From Azolla caroliniana (Eukaryota > Plantae > Polypodiophyta), in contig JBHGNT010000006.1 of NCBI GenBank assembly GCA_043228905.1, forward strand, positions 13,330,001 through 13,394,000: a DNA stretch of 64,000 nt, read 5' to 3'. Under the pieces are notes generated by a model that worked only from the letters and a program-made list of their open reading frames with translations, was not told the DNA's origin and did no database searches. Shown here piece after piece: positions 23,497 to 36,515 of the stretch (position 1 is its first letter; every line of letters starts with the position of its first letter). The position numbers and the translations under genes were made by a program.

Positions 23497-26400
23497 CAAC
23501 ACGTTCGCATTCACAAGTGGAAGGATTGCACACAAATGGAAGGATAAAGAATATTCCATCTGATTTTGGGGCTTTTTTGGCCATTTCACAAAACACCTTG
23601 ATAGCAGTATCACATGTTCTCAAAAACTTGATGAAAAAGCTAAAATTTTCACCATTCGGTAAAATTGAAAAATGCTAAAATTTGGCCAAATACGAAAAGT
23701 AACTTTGTGTATTATTATGGAGAAATTACAACTAGTAGTATTTTAGATCCTAACGAAATCATAAGCGAAAGATTTCAAAACAATCAACTTTTTTATTTCA
23801 TTTGATAAAATGTTGTCTAAATTTCTTACATATCGTTGCACAAAAAATACATTTAGGAGTTACTTGCATCACTATCATTATTCTTTTCATGAGAATCACT
23901 ACTATAACTAATATACAATTGTGACTCTTCCTCCTCATTTTCAAATATACCAATCAAATCATTGTATTCACTAAATGGTGTCTCTAAATTGTGTGCACTA
24001 AATCTTGTTCACCTTCAATCTTAGATATCTTCTAGTCTTGGTAATATCTTTTTTTTTATGTCTATCGTTGGCGTCCTTAAACATCCAACTTTTGTTAGTG
24101 TAAAGTCATACACAATGATATCCACCTCACTAATGTCAATGATAGATGTATTACAAAAGTTTAATGCATCACCACGTCCAAAACTTTACCAATGTAGAAT
24201 TGGTGCCCTAGGTCATGGCCATCTACATGTGTAGCTATTATTAATATCCCCAGCTTGAGTTCTTGCAAGTTTCCTTGTCACCTGAGTTATGCTCATGTTG
24301 TCATCCTTAGTTCCACATAAATGTTTCTCTATTGTAGATGAACCAAACTATGAAGATCAACAATAAGTGCTTGAAGTGGATTAAGAACCACGAGAATATT
24401 TTATAGACCACGTAAATGGCATTTGCAAGGTTCAATTACTATCAACACAATTATTAATGGTTTTTTGTTAATCAATGAAGCACATGTTCACGTCTTGTTA
24501 TGCAACATACTTCTTTGCAGTATCGATATGCATATTTTTCTCTTGTAAAAACAGAGATTTTAGTACAATTCGAGTTCATGTAAACCCTAAACCTCTTTTA
24601 TTTGAAACAAAAGAAGATTTCTAAACATGAACTCCATACATTGTATCGAGTTGATGTAAAAAACAGAGTTTTGATCACAATTACATACAATGTATCAAAT
24701 TCATATTCAAAGTTTTTTTCTCGTATATAAAAAAATAAAAAAATTGAGCTTGAGTTGATGAAAAAACTAGTTTTTAAACGACAATTCAATACAATGTATA
24801 GAGTTCATGTTTAAAGTATTTTTTTAATTTTTTTTCAAATTTAAACATGAATTCGATACATTGTATCGACTTGTGATGAAAACTCTAGTTTTTTCATCAC
24901 TTCAAAAAAAAAAAAAAGATCCGAAATAAATAGAAAAAAATCCCTCCCCCCCCAAAAAAAACCTTTAAACATGAACTCGATACATTGTATTGAATTGTGG
25001 TTTAAAAACTAGTTTTTTCATCAACTCAAGCTCAATTTTTTATTTTTTACATTGTATCGAGTTCATGTTGAAAAACTTAGCTTTTTGACGTGAACTCGAT
25101 ACATTGTATTGAATTCATGTTGAAAAGTCAACGTTTCGACATTGTATCGAGTTCGTGTTGAAAAACAGAGTTTTCAAGAACAACTTGATACATTGTATCG
25201 AGTTCGTGTCAAAAAGCTAACTTTTGACATGAATTCAATACAATGTATCGAGTTCATGTTAAAATTTTTTTTTTTGGGTTTTAAAAAACAACAAATTTGG
25301 TTTTTTTCTATTTATTTTGGGTCTTTTTGGTTTTTTTTTAAAAGAAAAAGTTGAAGTGATGAAAAAACCAGAGTTTTCATCACAAGTCGATATAATGTAT
25401 CGAATTCATGTTTAAAGTTTTTTTTTCCAAAAATAAAAAAAGAAAACAAAAAAACATTGAAAAAAAAAAACTTTAAACATGAACTAGGTACATTGTACTG
25501 AATTGTGGTGAAAATTTTGGTTTTTTCATCAACTCACGTTCGATTTTATTATTTTTTAAAATTCGAGGAAAAAAACTTTGAACATGAATTTGATACGTTG
25601 TATGGAATTGTGATGAAAAATCTGCTTGTTACATCAACTCAATACAATGTATGGAGTTCATGTTTAGAAATCTTCTTTTTTTTCAAATAAAAGAGGTTTA
25701 GGGTTTTTACATGAACTCGAATTGTACTAAAATCTCTGTTTTGACAAGAGTAAAAGATGCGTATCGATGTTGTAAAGAAGTATGTTGCACAACAAGATAC
25801 CTTATGGTGAACATGTGCTTCCTTGATTAACAAAAAACCATTAATAATTGTGTTGATGGTAATTGAACCTTTCAAATGCCATTTACTTCACAAATTTTGT
25901 AGGGGAGCTCTCAAAATGAAGAAGAGGAGAGCATTGTGGATACCTTGATAAGTATGTGATATGTTCAAATTGATATATTAATGTTTACATCTAAGTTTGG
26001 CAGTTTTGACAGTTTATGAATATCATCTACATTTTAGGAGTTATGGATTTATCAAAATTGTTTATGAATATTGTATACATTTCTTGAGTTGTGAATTTAT
26101 GGATGTTAATGAACACTAAATTTATAGATGATGGCATTAAGGATTACAATGTTACCTCTTATACTTAAAACATTTTCAAAGTCTAACAATAGATCTAACT
26201 TCCACTTTTGGAACCTACATCTTCTCAAGATGGTGAAACCATTAATCTTAACTTGTGCCTTAAGTTAACCGTTGTGATTTTCTTTAAGTTAACTACATTT
26301 TAAATCTGCAAACCATAAACATTTAAACATTTATTGAAAAACTATTCAATTTTAGAAATTATCATTTTGAAACTTGTTAAATCTCAAAAAATTAACAAAT

Positions 26401-26529
26401 TTTACATGCTATTTAAATCATGTGATACTGGTGTATCAAGTTTCTGAAAATTGCCAAAAATCGCAAGATTATAAAAGGAATCTATAAGTGGAATGCACGA
26501 TCCTTCCACTTGTGAATGCGAACGTGTTG
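23497..26529. mobile_element. Non-autonomous TIR DNA transposon, 30-bp perfect TIRs, TA TSD (Tc1/mariner-like target; a GTAC TSD is formally equivalent)
   Basis: CAACACGTTCGCATTCACAAGTGGAAGGAT starts at 23497 and its reverse complement ends at 26529. TA flanks both ends and the empty site restores the host ORF frame. Confidence 0.88.
24412..25886. repeat. ~1.5 kb imperfect inverted repeat (foldback) built from about 14 copies of a palindromic motif
   Basis: The arms begin GTAAATGGCATTTG and end CAAATGCCATTTAC. CATGAACTCGATACA(T/A)TGTATCGAGTTCATG recurs between A/T tracts. Confidence 0.88.
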
Positions 26530-27204
26530 TACTCCGTTACGATGCCATAATCATGTACATCAATCGTGTAATCTTGCTTTAACTCTTTAAGAGTCTTTGA
26601 AAATGTGTGATGGGATGCGTCACCATGAGACGCTAATGCTACCTCCCTCCGTTTCTCGACATATATTACTTGAAGATTAGGTGATGCCACTAGGTAGATT
26701 GCACTCTCATTCTTGAGTATGAGACGACTCTTCATGCGCCTCCGTGCATGGAGATTGAGTGGTGCACCCCTTGTGACATCATGTAATGCTTCTAATGTTA
26801 CATTAACTTGTCCCAATAAATCTTTAACCATCAAATCAGACGCACCTCTTGAGAATGCAAAATATCTGGGGGAACAATTCATGAAGGGATCCACCGCCTC
26901 ATCCTCACAATTGGAATCAGATGACCCAAAAGACATCTCTAATTCATCCTCAGATACAAATGATGCGTTGGACAACCATGACATATCCTCCAATTCATCT
27001 TCCGACATGGCAAAGACACCATGATGCATTGTGCTCTCCATAGATGGTTGTGGTTGATTACTATGGTGATTAAAGTGAGCGAATACAATGTGATCGAGAA
27101 TGGCAGTGATTGAGGTGAATGTGAGCAATTACACCAATGAATGAAGTGAATGAATTCAAATGAATGTCAGTGATTGAAGTTCAAATGAATTCAATGTAAT
27201 TGAT

Positions 27205-27633
27205 AATGCACATGAATGAAGTGGATGATTTTAGCTCTTCTTCAATGATTTAGCTCTAGATTGATTTCAGCACTTTGAGCCTTGATTTCAGCTCTTAGTG
27301 AATGATCAAGAATGCACATGAATGAAGTGGAGGATTTCAGCTCTTCTTCAATGATTTAGCTCGAGATTGATTTCAGCACTTCGAGCCTTGATTTTAGCTC
27401 TTCGTGGATGATCGAGAATGCACATGAATGAAGTGGATGATTTCAGCTCTTCTTCAATGATTTAGCTCGAGATTGATTTCAGCACTTCGAGCCTTGATTT
27501 CAGCTCTTAGTGGATGATCGAGAATGCACATGAATGAAGTGGATGATTTCAGCTCTTCTTCAATGACTTAGCTCGAGATTGATTTCAGCACTTCGAGCCT
27601 TGATTTTAGGTCTTAGTGAATGATTGAGAATGC
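27205..27633. repeat. Tandem repeat, 4 x 106 bp
   Basis: The unit AATGCACATGAATGAAGTGG... starts at 27205, 27311, 27417 and 27523. Each unit contains TGATTTCAGC subrepeats. Confidence 0.95.
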
Positions 27634-28039
27634 CAACTGTTTGTGAATGGTTTCTACTGTTTGACTGTGATTGAGGTGAATGAAATCAATGTGAGTGATT
27701 AATAGACTGTGAATGATCTGAATTATTTCAACTCTTAGTGAATGAGTTCACCTCTTAGTGCATGCTAGTGACTTTGGTGAATCAATTTAGTATGATCGTT
27801 GTAACCCCATTATTACACATAGTTGGGCACCTGCATATTAATGAGTCAGGCTCCCTCCTTTGATATGAGTTGGGCTCCTCACTGGAACAAATGGAATAAT
27901 TGATTTTTGAGAATTTCGAACATAATTTTCAAACATTAAAACTTGAGGTACACATTTGTGGGGGCTACACATTAAAACTTGACCTACACATTTTGCAACC
28001 TCTCTTTCATCACTTTGTGGGGGTGGGCACGTGAACTTT

Positions 28040-28084
28040 CTTGTAGCAATAGAGTAGCAATTAAACTCCCCATTTAGTGTAGTG
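28040..28084 (-). mobile_element. Possible CACTA-type transposon terminus
   Basis: The - strand reads CACTACACTAAATGGGGAG followed by short ATTGCTAC subterminal repeats. The partner end is not seen. Confidence 0.45.
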
Positions 28085-28665
28085 TTCACAGAGCCTATCT
28101 TCTCCATTGTTGACTTACTAGGGCTATGCAACACTAGTAGAGCATGATTTTGGCTCTTCGAGAATGATTTCAGCACTAGGAGAGCATTTCTCCCCCACAT
28201 TAGTATCATAAAGTGATAAAAAAGCTCATCTAAGAAGACCCCCAACCAAGAAATAAGCTTTTACTAAAGCATTGCAACCCCAGTTTACACACACACACAC
28301 ATGTATGAATAAAAAACCGCAAAAAATACAAGGCTTAATCCATTATCTCAAACTCCTCAAGATCTGACTCATTGCGTAAGATTTGCATTGAATAAGATCT
28401 CCTCAAACTCCACATTGAATAAGATTTGCATTTAGTCATATACAACCAAGATGAGATTCAAATATTGATTTGATATTACAAAATTAACCATATTGATATG
28501 GCCAAGAATATACAAAAAACTTTGGCCCCCTTGATTCCAAAATACAAAAAAGTTGGTAGCTTTGGTTCTAGAATATAGAAAAAAGGCTAGCAACCCGCAT
28601 TAGATAGTACATCGAGATCATATATTTGACGTTACAAAGTACAACTCCGAATGATTAAAAGAACC

Positions 28666-29520
28666 CTAAGCCCAAAGTCCTTCCATTTTGCCATGATTTT
28701 TTGAAGGAGCTCCACATCTTCGAATCCAAACTATTGTCTTCAACTTCCTCATGTACGATTGACGTGATTTGTTGTACTTTAGCTCTGGATCCAAAAAATG
28801 CCTTATCGATCGATGTCTTTCATAGTTGTTAAAGAATGAGGTGGTTGTGCTCTTCATGGAGGTCGATTTCTCTTCTTCCTCTATCTTCAGTCCATGAGGT
28901 AGTATTACACGAATGCCATGTGCCTTCTGTAAGTGAGCCTCCATCTCAGCTTTCTTGTGAAACCATCGTACCTCTTTTCTACATGAATCTCCAACGATAC
29001 ATGTGCGACATTTAATACTTGCCGAGTCTCTTCCACACTTGAAGAGGGACATAGGGTCCACTACAACATTGGTGTGACATTTGTATTAGAAAAACCCAAT
29101 ATATACTTACTTCAATAATGACAAGAATGTACATCAACTCACCATTTAGTTTGACATCTTCAACAAATGGTCCCACGTCGTGTTCAAGTCATTCATAGGC
29201 TTTTCAGTAATGATGTTTTCACCATCCATATCGTTGGATTTGGGGAACCTAGCACCCTTTCTTACAAAAACCCTAAAACATCATTCAAGTTAGCACACAA
29301 ACATCACTATTTATACACAATATATAGTTAAGAAATGATTCAGGCCATACCTCCCCTCATAGGGTATTGTTTCACCCCAATCCGCATCAAAGTCTACGAA
29401 GGTCTTGGACCGACTAGCCATCTATACAAACCACATGCCATTTTCAATAACCACCAATATGTCCATTGCATTCAAGTCTTCAAATTTCACAATCCAAGCA
29501 CACTGAGAAATTGTCAAATG
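28666..29520 (-). pseudogene. Remnant of a possibly spliced gene with a C2H2/BED-like zinc finger
   Basis: ORF 28666-29061 contains CRTC...HLQKAH. Donor-like GTAAGT (~29110) and AG|GTATG (~29350) occur upstream. Confidence 0.35.
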
Positions 29521-29774
29521 TTGTCACGGACGAGTATAATAGAGTAGAACCAAGACGAGACTAAGAACTAGGAGAGAAAAAGAACAAGAACTTGACTTAT
29601 GATTCCGTAACTGGTGTTGTTCACCTTGATTAGAATCAAGGTGCACCTAAGTATTTATACAAGAAGGTAGAGGTATGTATGTTAGCTAGGAATAGAGAAT
29701 GCATGCAAGCTAGGAACTTCCAATGTTCAATCTACCACACATGAAGTTGGGTTTTTTGCATACAAGAATGCATA

Positions 29775-29848
29775 GATGGATGTAGCTTAGTTGGTAGGGT
29801 TGCCAAATGAAGACCAAGAGGTCTTGGGTTCAATCCCTACCTTCCACC
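29775..29848 (+). ncRNA. Degenerate tRNA-derived (Pol III A/B box) sequence inside the LTR of element D
   Basis: A-box TAGCTTAGTTGG (29783-29794) and B-box GGTTCAATCCC (29827-29837) at tRNA-like spacing, with GAA at the anticodon position. The stems are imperfect, so this is not a functional tRNA. Confidence 0.6.
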
Positions 29849-31149
29849 GTGGTGTGGCATATGTTTATGACATTATCCTCCCCCTAAGGCCGTCTCCGAA
29901 GATCCGCAGCTGACTTTTCTGGGTACCGTTGATGAAAAGCTCGAATCGTCTCGGGAGCATTTTGTAAATGTGTAACTGGTTCCCACATGGCATCCGAAAT
30001 GGGGTAACCTTTCCATAAGACCAAATATTGAAGTCATCATCACTGCAAGCGGGAGTCGAGGATCTGGTCCACCTCGTACTCCTCCCTTGTTGATAATTCC
30101 ACAGGTGACGGTGGAGGAGGTTGTCGTCCCGGAATTCGAGAAGGATGGTATAGTTCAAACAGAGAGAAGTGGAAAACATTGTGAATCCTGAATGTTGGGG
30201 GAAGTGTTAACCGGAATGCAATTGGGTTGATTCGCTCGATGATACATAAGGGGTCTAACTTTTTGTAGTCAAGCTTCGTGAAGGGACGGGTGGTGGCGAT
30301 GTGGCGGCGTAGCAACCAAACCATGTCACTGACTGCAAAGGGCGGTGCGACCAAGCAATGACGGTTAGCGTGATTCTGATAATGATTGCCAGCAACATGA
30401 AGGTCAAGGGAGAGGTCACGATGGACATCGTGTAACGTGCGAACACACATCTCTACCGACGGATTGACGGAAATCGCAAGAATGGAAATGCTGAAATGAG
30501 GGTGGAACCCATAGTTTGCAAAGAATGGGGAAACCTTAGTGGTGGCATGGATACTATTATTGTAGGAAAATTCCATCATGGCAAGGAAGTCCACCCAATC
30601 CTCTTGTTGGTAGCTTACTGTACACTGAAGGTATTGTTCGAGGATTTGGTTGACTCTTTCGGTTTGGCCATCAATTTGAGGGTGGTGTTAGAGACATAGA
30701 CTAATGTAAGCATTAGATAAGGATAGAAAATAGATAAATAGATAGAAAGGAGAGAGAGAAAGAAGGGTGTCGATCCACCCGACCACCCCCAAGCGAAGGG
30801 ATCAAGATAGACTCGAGCCTCGATCGACGTCCCATACCACTGCCGTGGCGTCGAGTCGTACCTGGTGCTGGTGCGCTCGCTACAAGTGTTGACCCACCAC
30901 AAGACAGAGTCTCGACGTAGTCAACAAGATAATAAAATGAGGGTAGCTAAGCCTCTTATTTATAGCGATACCCAAGGCCCCCATCCATGTTCACACTTGG
31001 CCCAATGGGTTGTCTCAATCCCGAGGATTAAAAGTAATCCTCCCCTCTTTACACTCTCGTTTAACCCTCACACTTATCCACGTGTATAGAATACTACGGT
31101 AAATTCTCACCACAGGATATTATATGGTCATGCCCGTAACATACTCCTC

Positions 31150-34100
31150 CGCTTTAAAACATTGCACTCTTGCAATGGAATGTTGGGGAAGTTAGTTCTG
31201 AGAGTGTTTTCGCGTTCCCATGTGGCATCTTTTATTGATTTATCCATTCATTTTATTTTAAATTCTCGGATTTCTTTAGTACGTAATTTTTTTGTTTTAA
31301 CATCGAGAATTCTTTCTAGTACATGTGGTTTAGAAGATAATTCTTCAGAAGTAACCAGAGTTTTAGTTGTAACTGTATTGTCGCCAAAACCTAGAAGTTC
31401 TTTTAGATGACTCACATGAAAGATTGGATCAATTTCAACACCTTCGGGAAGAGCGAGACGATAGGCTGATGACCCAATGCGTTTGAGGACTGTAAAAGGT
31501 CCACGAAACCATGGGGCTAATTTAGTGCACTTACCCTTAGTCAATGTCTTAGAATTGTGAGGTACACGTAAAAATACCTTCTGTCCAGGGTTGAATACAC
31601 GAGGTTGCCTATTATGATCGACATAAAAACACGCTCTATCTTGAGTTGTGTTTATATTATCTCGTGCAATATGCAACATATCTTGCATATCCCGAAGAAA
31701 TTTTTGTGTAGTTCGCAACTCATCATAATGTATATTAACATCAATCGGGGCGCGTGGCTGAAAACCATACATCAACATAAAAGGACTATATCCTGTCGAC
31801 GTATGCTTGGAGCTGTTATAAGCAAACTCCAAAATTGGGAGATAACATTCCCACTTTGTTGGTTTTGCACCAACGTATGCTCGAAGCATGTCCTCAATAA
31901 TATGATTTACTCGTTCTGTTTGTCCATCAGATTGAGGATGATCCGTGGAGCTCATGCTTAACGTAGTTTCTAACTTCTTGAAGACTTGCGTCCAGAAGTC
32001 ACTAGTAAACTTTGGATCTCGATCACTCACGATATCCATTTTAGGAGCTGTTACTGTGGTTTTAGTAGCAATAAATCTGACCATTTTAGTTAGTCTGTCA
32101 ACCACGACCCAGATGACATCATGACCTTTTTGGGTGCGGGGAAGGCTAACAATAAAATCCATGGATATACTTTCCCACTTATTATTGGGAATGTCCAAGG
32201 GATGTAAAAGCCCTGCGGCTTTAAGTCGCACGACTTTGTTAACTTGACATTGGTGACATTTAGTCACATAGCTATGTATGTTAGGACGCATCTTAGGCCA
32301 ATAAAATTGAGTGGAGATGAGAACGAGTGTATGATGTATTCCAGGGTGCCCCGCTGAGGGTGCATCATGGCATTAAAAAAGAATCCTCTTTTTGACCTCG
32401 GGTAAATCTGGAACACAAACCTTCCCATTACGGTAGAGCAGACTGTTATCAATGTGGAAGTATTCCTTCGAGGATGTGGTGATGTCTATTCCAGACTCAA
32501 CTCTTGCCTAGTATTTTGCAAAATAACTGTCATCACGATACTTCCCTCGAAGGTGATCATAAAGATCTGATGATATTGCAGTGAAGCTTAGCATGTTAAC
32601 TTCACGGATGCGACTTAGTGCATCAGCGACAGTGTTCATGGAACCTCTACGATATCGTATGGAGCATTGGTCAAACCAAAAGGCATAACCAAAAACTCAT
32701 AATGGCCATAGCATTTACGGAATGCCGTTTTAGGAACATCGTCCTCACTTATACGAATTTGATGGTAGCCAGTACGGAGATCAAGTTTCGTAAAATACCG
32801 AGCTCCCTGGAGACGGTGTCGCGTTGTTACGCGCGTGCGTGTAGAAGGGGCGGGACCACGGGGGTCTTGGACTAGGGAGTAGAGGAGAAAGAATAAGATA
32901 TGAGAAATGAAAGCTTAACACCGGATGAGAAGATGAAGAGTAGCACATAAGCATAGACCAAAATAGATGGAAGCAAGATCCACAACAAGATATATTAAAA
33001 ACAAGCGAATGATTACAACGGTGGCCACATGGGCCGCACCAAACGACTATGAGAAAACCCTAACCGAGGATGAATAATGAAACCCTAAACGAAACCCTAA
33101 CCCTAAAATGGTAAGAACTCTAGACTAAGTGGTATGCCTCTCTCCCTCAAAATAGGCAACCCCTTCATAAGTGACCCCTCCCTTCCTTTTATAGCCCAAG
33201 GAGGGAGGGACCTTACAATGTGAGATAAAATTTCCCCTCTTATTTCTATACACCATTTCCTAGTATACGTGTGCACATGTTGCACACCACCGACTTGCCC
33301 TTTCCACCCTGGTTTCCGCCTATGGACGAAAATCTTCACGACAACGGTCAATTAGATCGTCAGCCGTGGGCAATGGATACGAATTCTTGATCGTCACTTT
33401 ATTCAAGCGTCGGTAATTAATACACATACGCCATGTGCCCTCTTTCTTTTTAACCAAGAGAACTGGTGCCCCCCATGGAGATTTGCTATAACGTATATAA
33501 CCCATTCGTAAATAGTCCTTGAGTTCCTTAGCAACCTCATCCTCTTCAGATCGACTTAAGTGATAAGGAGGTACACTTATTTGTGCAAAGCCAGGTACAA
33601 TATCTATACGATGGTCTATATTAGGTTTAGGAGGTAAACCATCTGGGAGTTCACTCGGAAAAACATCACGAAAATCATTTAAGATTCATGAAGTTGTTGT
33701 TGTTCAAAATATGTTAATTGAATCGAGACATTTTCGATATTGTAAATGTGAATGTCCAAATCAAGTACACATTAAAATAGAGTAGAACAAGACAACTCGG
33801 ATATTGATGGACACGAGGAAACAATCGAGAGGGATTGTTTTTTGACACATTGAATAAAATGAGTAAAGTCGTTCAATACAAATGTAATTGAATGATGAAC
33901 CCAATCAATAGATAAAGAAGAGCTTTTATTATAGAACTAGGGATAACCCATTATTACATCAGTGGTACAAACATTCATTACATGGAAGTCTACTTCCTCT
34001 ATATAAGTGTCAATAGAAATTCCTAATGAATGAATCGCCCCATTGATGTATTGTACTCTTCCATCAGCCAAGTGCACCGTATAGGTGTGATCACTTACGG

Positions 34101-35325
34101 TGGGTTGGATTCCCCATATTTGAACCAAACGATCATTCACAAAGTTGTGTGAGCTTCCCGAATCAAATAAAAATTGTATGGGGGATCCATTGATATACCT
34201 GTTTGCACGTAGTAAATCATTGGGACCCAATACATAGTGAGGGAAAGAACATTGACAATTACTTAAATGATGTGTATAGACTTGAAGGACATTAGGAATT
34301 TGACCTTTATGGTCTGCAACTTTAGCTTTGCTGTCATGCTCTTTCCGTTGGAGCTTTCGACATTGCTCTTTTGTATGACCCTTCTTTTTGTAGAATATGC
34401 AAAAAGGATGTTGTCGCTTACAATCGCGATCCATGAATTCGTTGGGTGTCTTGCGTTTCCCAGCGAATTGTGACTGCTTAGTCCCAGACGCTTCGTTGGG
34501 TTTGTTGTGGTCCTTCTTCGAAATGCGTTGATAGTGAAGAACTATTTCAACGGCCTCTTCGAAGGATTTTGGATCCTTATCGGGCACTATCCAATGATAG
34601 TCTGAATTGGGGATGCCATTGACAAAACAAGCTATTAACCAATTGTCCCCTTCTAGACTCGATTTTTGGATTTGGGTTCTAGCATGGTGGACATAGTCTT
34701 CTAGCGAGGAAAACGTCCTGCTAGAGAGGTTCATTAAAGCTTGTGTTGCGTCGGTTTGAGAGGGAGGTTGCAGAAATTGGCCATTGAAAACTGTGACAAA
34801 ATCTGTCTAGGTATTAGGCAATTTCCCCAAAGTACGGAGCCCACGCCACCAGGTGGCGGCCTTACCCCCTATTTCTCGGCTAACATATGCAATCTTCAAA
34901 CTATCTAGCGTGGGATAGAGCTCAAAATGAGACTGCCATCGGCCTAGCCACGTGCAGATTGCTTCTTCGGTTCTTTCCTTTTTTTCTCCCGTAAATGGCT
35001 TAACGACAAACGATGGTTCACCTTGTCGCTCATCAGGTCTATTAGTCTCACATTGTAAACTAATGACATGTGCCTCGAGAGCACTTTGAGATTGCTGAAG
35101 TTCGGTCATCTGTTGAGCGGTGAAACTAAGGTATTGGGTTATTTGCGAAAAATACATCTCAATGGACATTTGTCCAGGAGGATTCCCTTGAGTTCCTTCC
35201 GCTTGAGCGGATGACATCGGGTCGTTATTTTGAGCCATTAAATGATTATTTCTAGAAAAGAAATATGATAAGGTCAGAGAAGTCATAACATCATGTCGTG
35301 ATGTAAACATATCAGGGGCGAACAT
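31150..35325 (-). pseudogene. gag-pol of element E (gag, protease, partial RT, integrase, chromodomain) with deletions
   Basis: [49 protein letters not shown] and ERILDVK...DATWE. Most of RT and RNase H is deleted at ~32640. Confidence 0.88.
32817..33343 (-). mobile_element. Solo LTR related to family F, 4-bp TSD ACGG
   Basis: Its termini match the F LTR termini (TGTCGTGAAGA... and ...CACGCGCGTAACAACGCGACA). Removing it restores DLIDRLQGA in E's RT. Confidence 0.85.
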
Positions 35326-36247
35326 TAATCGATATCATTATCTCACGTCAATACCCCTCTAGACGTATGAGATGAGGTTCAAGATCAGGTTACTATGCTA
35401 ACACAAAGGTGTTTTAAAAACCATGGGGGTGACAAATAAATGTCTTTCCTTGATCTCTATATCGATTTTTTCATGGCGGCTCCCCGAGGCTCAACCATGT
35501 ATGTTCGCGTCATGAATAGTTTATACACAAAAAAAATGTTAACAATAAACTATGTTTCGGTGCCCACATATGTGGTTTCGGCTCTTTAAGTCCTATTACG
35601 AGGACCCCAAAGTGCACTTAGACCTTAAGTCTAAACATGTGTTATAGTCATATATGTTTTTTTAAAAGAAACATATATGTCAAGAGTCCTTATTTTGCCC
35701 TCATTTACTACAACTATGTTGGTACGTTACCTAACCTCATACGCCAAAGTGCAACCTAATGCTCAAGCCAAATGAGCCCCCTTTTTGTAGTAGGCCCACG
35801 TGGCCCATCACATGGTCACGTCATTACGAATGCCTCTCGTAAGAATGATCTCATGGTGGCATCGTATCCATGTAATGAGGGAGGGATGTTGGATATGTGT
35901 GTCATAGGAGCGACCTCACATGAAGTGGGTCAAGCCCTACGTACTCAACATCATTATGGCTATAGGCGTTTCTTTACGTAACAAAATATCGAAGTCACCA
36001 ACGGGGATTTCAACTATAAAAAATTGTTGAAAAAAGGGATGGTGACAATGCTATTCTCACAAAAATGTGAGGACGGCTACCAAGATCCTTTCCCCGAAAA
36101 GGATAACATTCGATTTAAAATCACGTAATAACTTATATACACATGTATATTATCACATATATACGATCAACTACGTATACACGTGACCACATATGCCTAT
36201 ATTAAACAAATCGTTATATTTAATAGCCAAAAATGATGTAATCGAGA

Positions 36248-36515
36248 TACGTAATCGAGGCATATACCTCTACGCACACGAGACATCCAAAACTAAGGGT
36301 TAATCGTAATACGCAATTGAGGTATTGACCTCTTATGCATACGAGACCAAACACATATCATTTACAACGAATTGAGGTATTGACCTCATACGCAAACGTA
36401 ACATATGTTTGTGAACATAGTACGCAATTGAGGTATTAACCTCGTGTGCATACGACACTCATCACATATTCAATATACGTCAAATCAGGTATTGACCTCG
36501 TACACTTATGTAAAC
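36248..36515. repeat. Degenerate ~55-60 bp tandem repeat (5 units) with hairpin core GAGGTATTGACCTC in the 5' UTR of E
   Basis: Units start near 36248, 36310, 36366, 36421 and 36476. Confidence 0.7.

Larger units (their letters stand above)
21974..27128 (-). pseudogene. Decayed MULE/Mutator-type DDE transposase gene (FAR1/WRKY-like zinc finger plus MULE domain), interrupted by the TIR element at 23497-26529
   Basis: Motifs GPHSGH, AI(H)STFKTNQFGLPLY, NAIVIDK, LLCQFHAKKAW and TTNIVERHWHFIKY. Removing the TIR element rejoins GIVTEY-VKALIR in frame. Confidence 0.8.

Noticed and set aside
27205-27633. CRISPR-like array
   Set aside because: The units are near-identical along their whole 106 bp with no unique spacers. 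The context is eukaryotic and there are no cas genes.
36248-36515. CRISPR-like repeat-spacer array with palindromic repeats
   Set aside because: The repeats are degenerate and the linkers partly resemble each other in alternating units. It is an old tandem repeat in a retrotransposon UTR.
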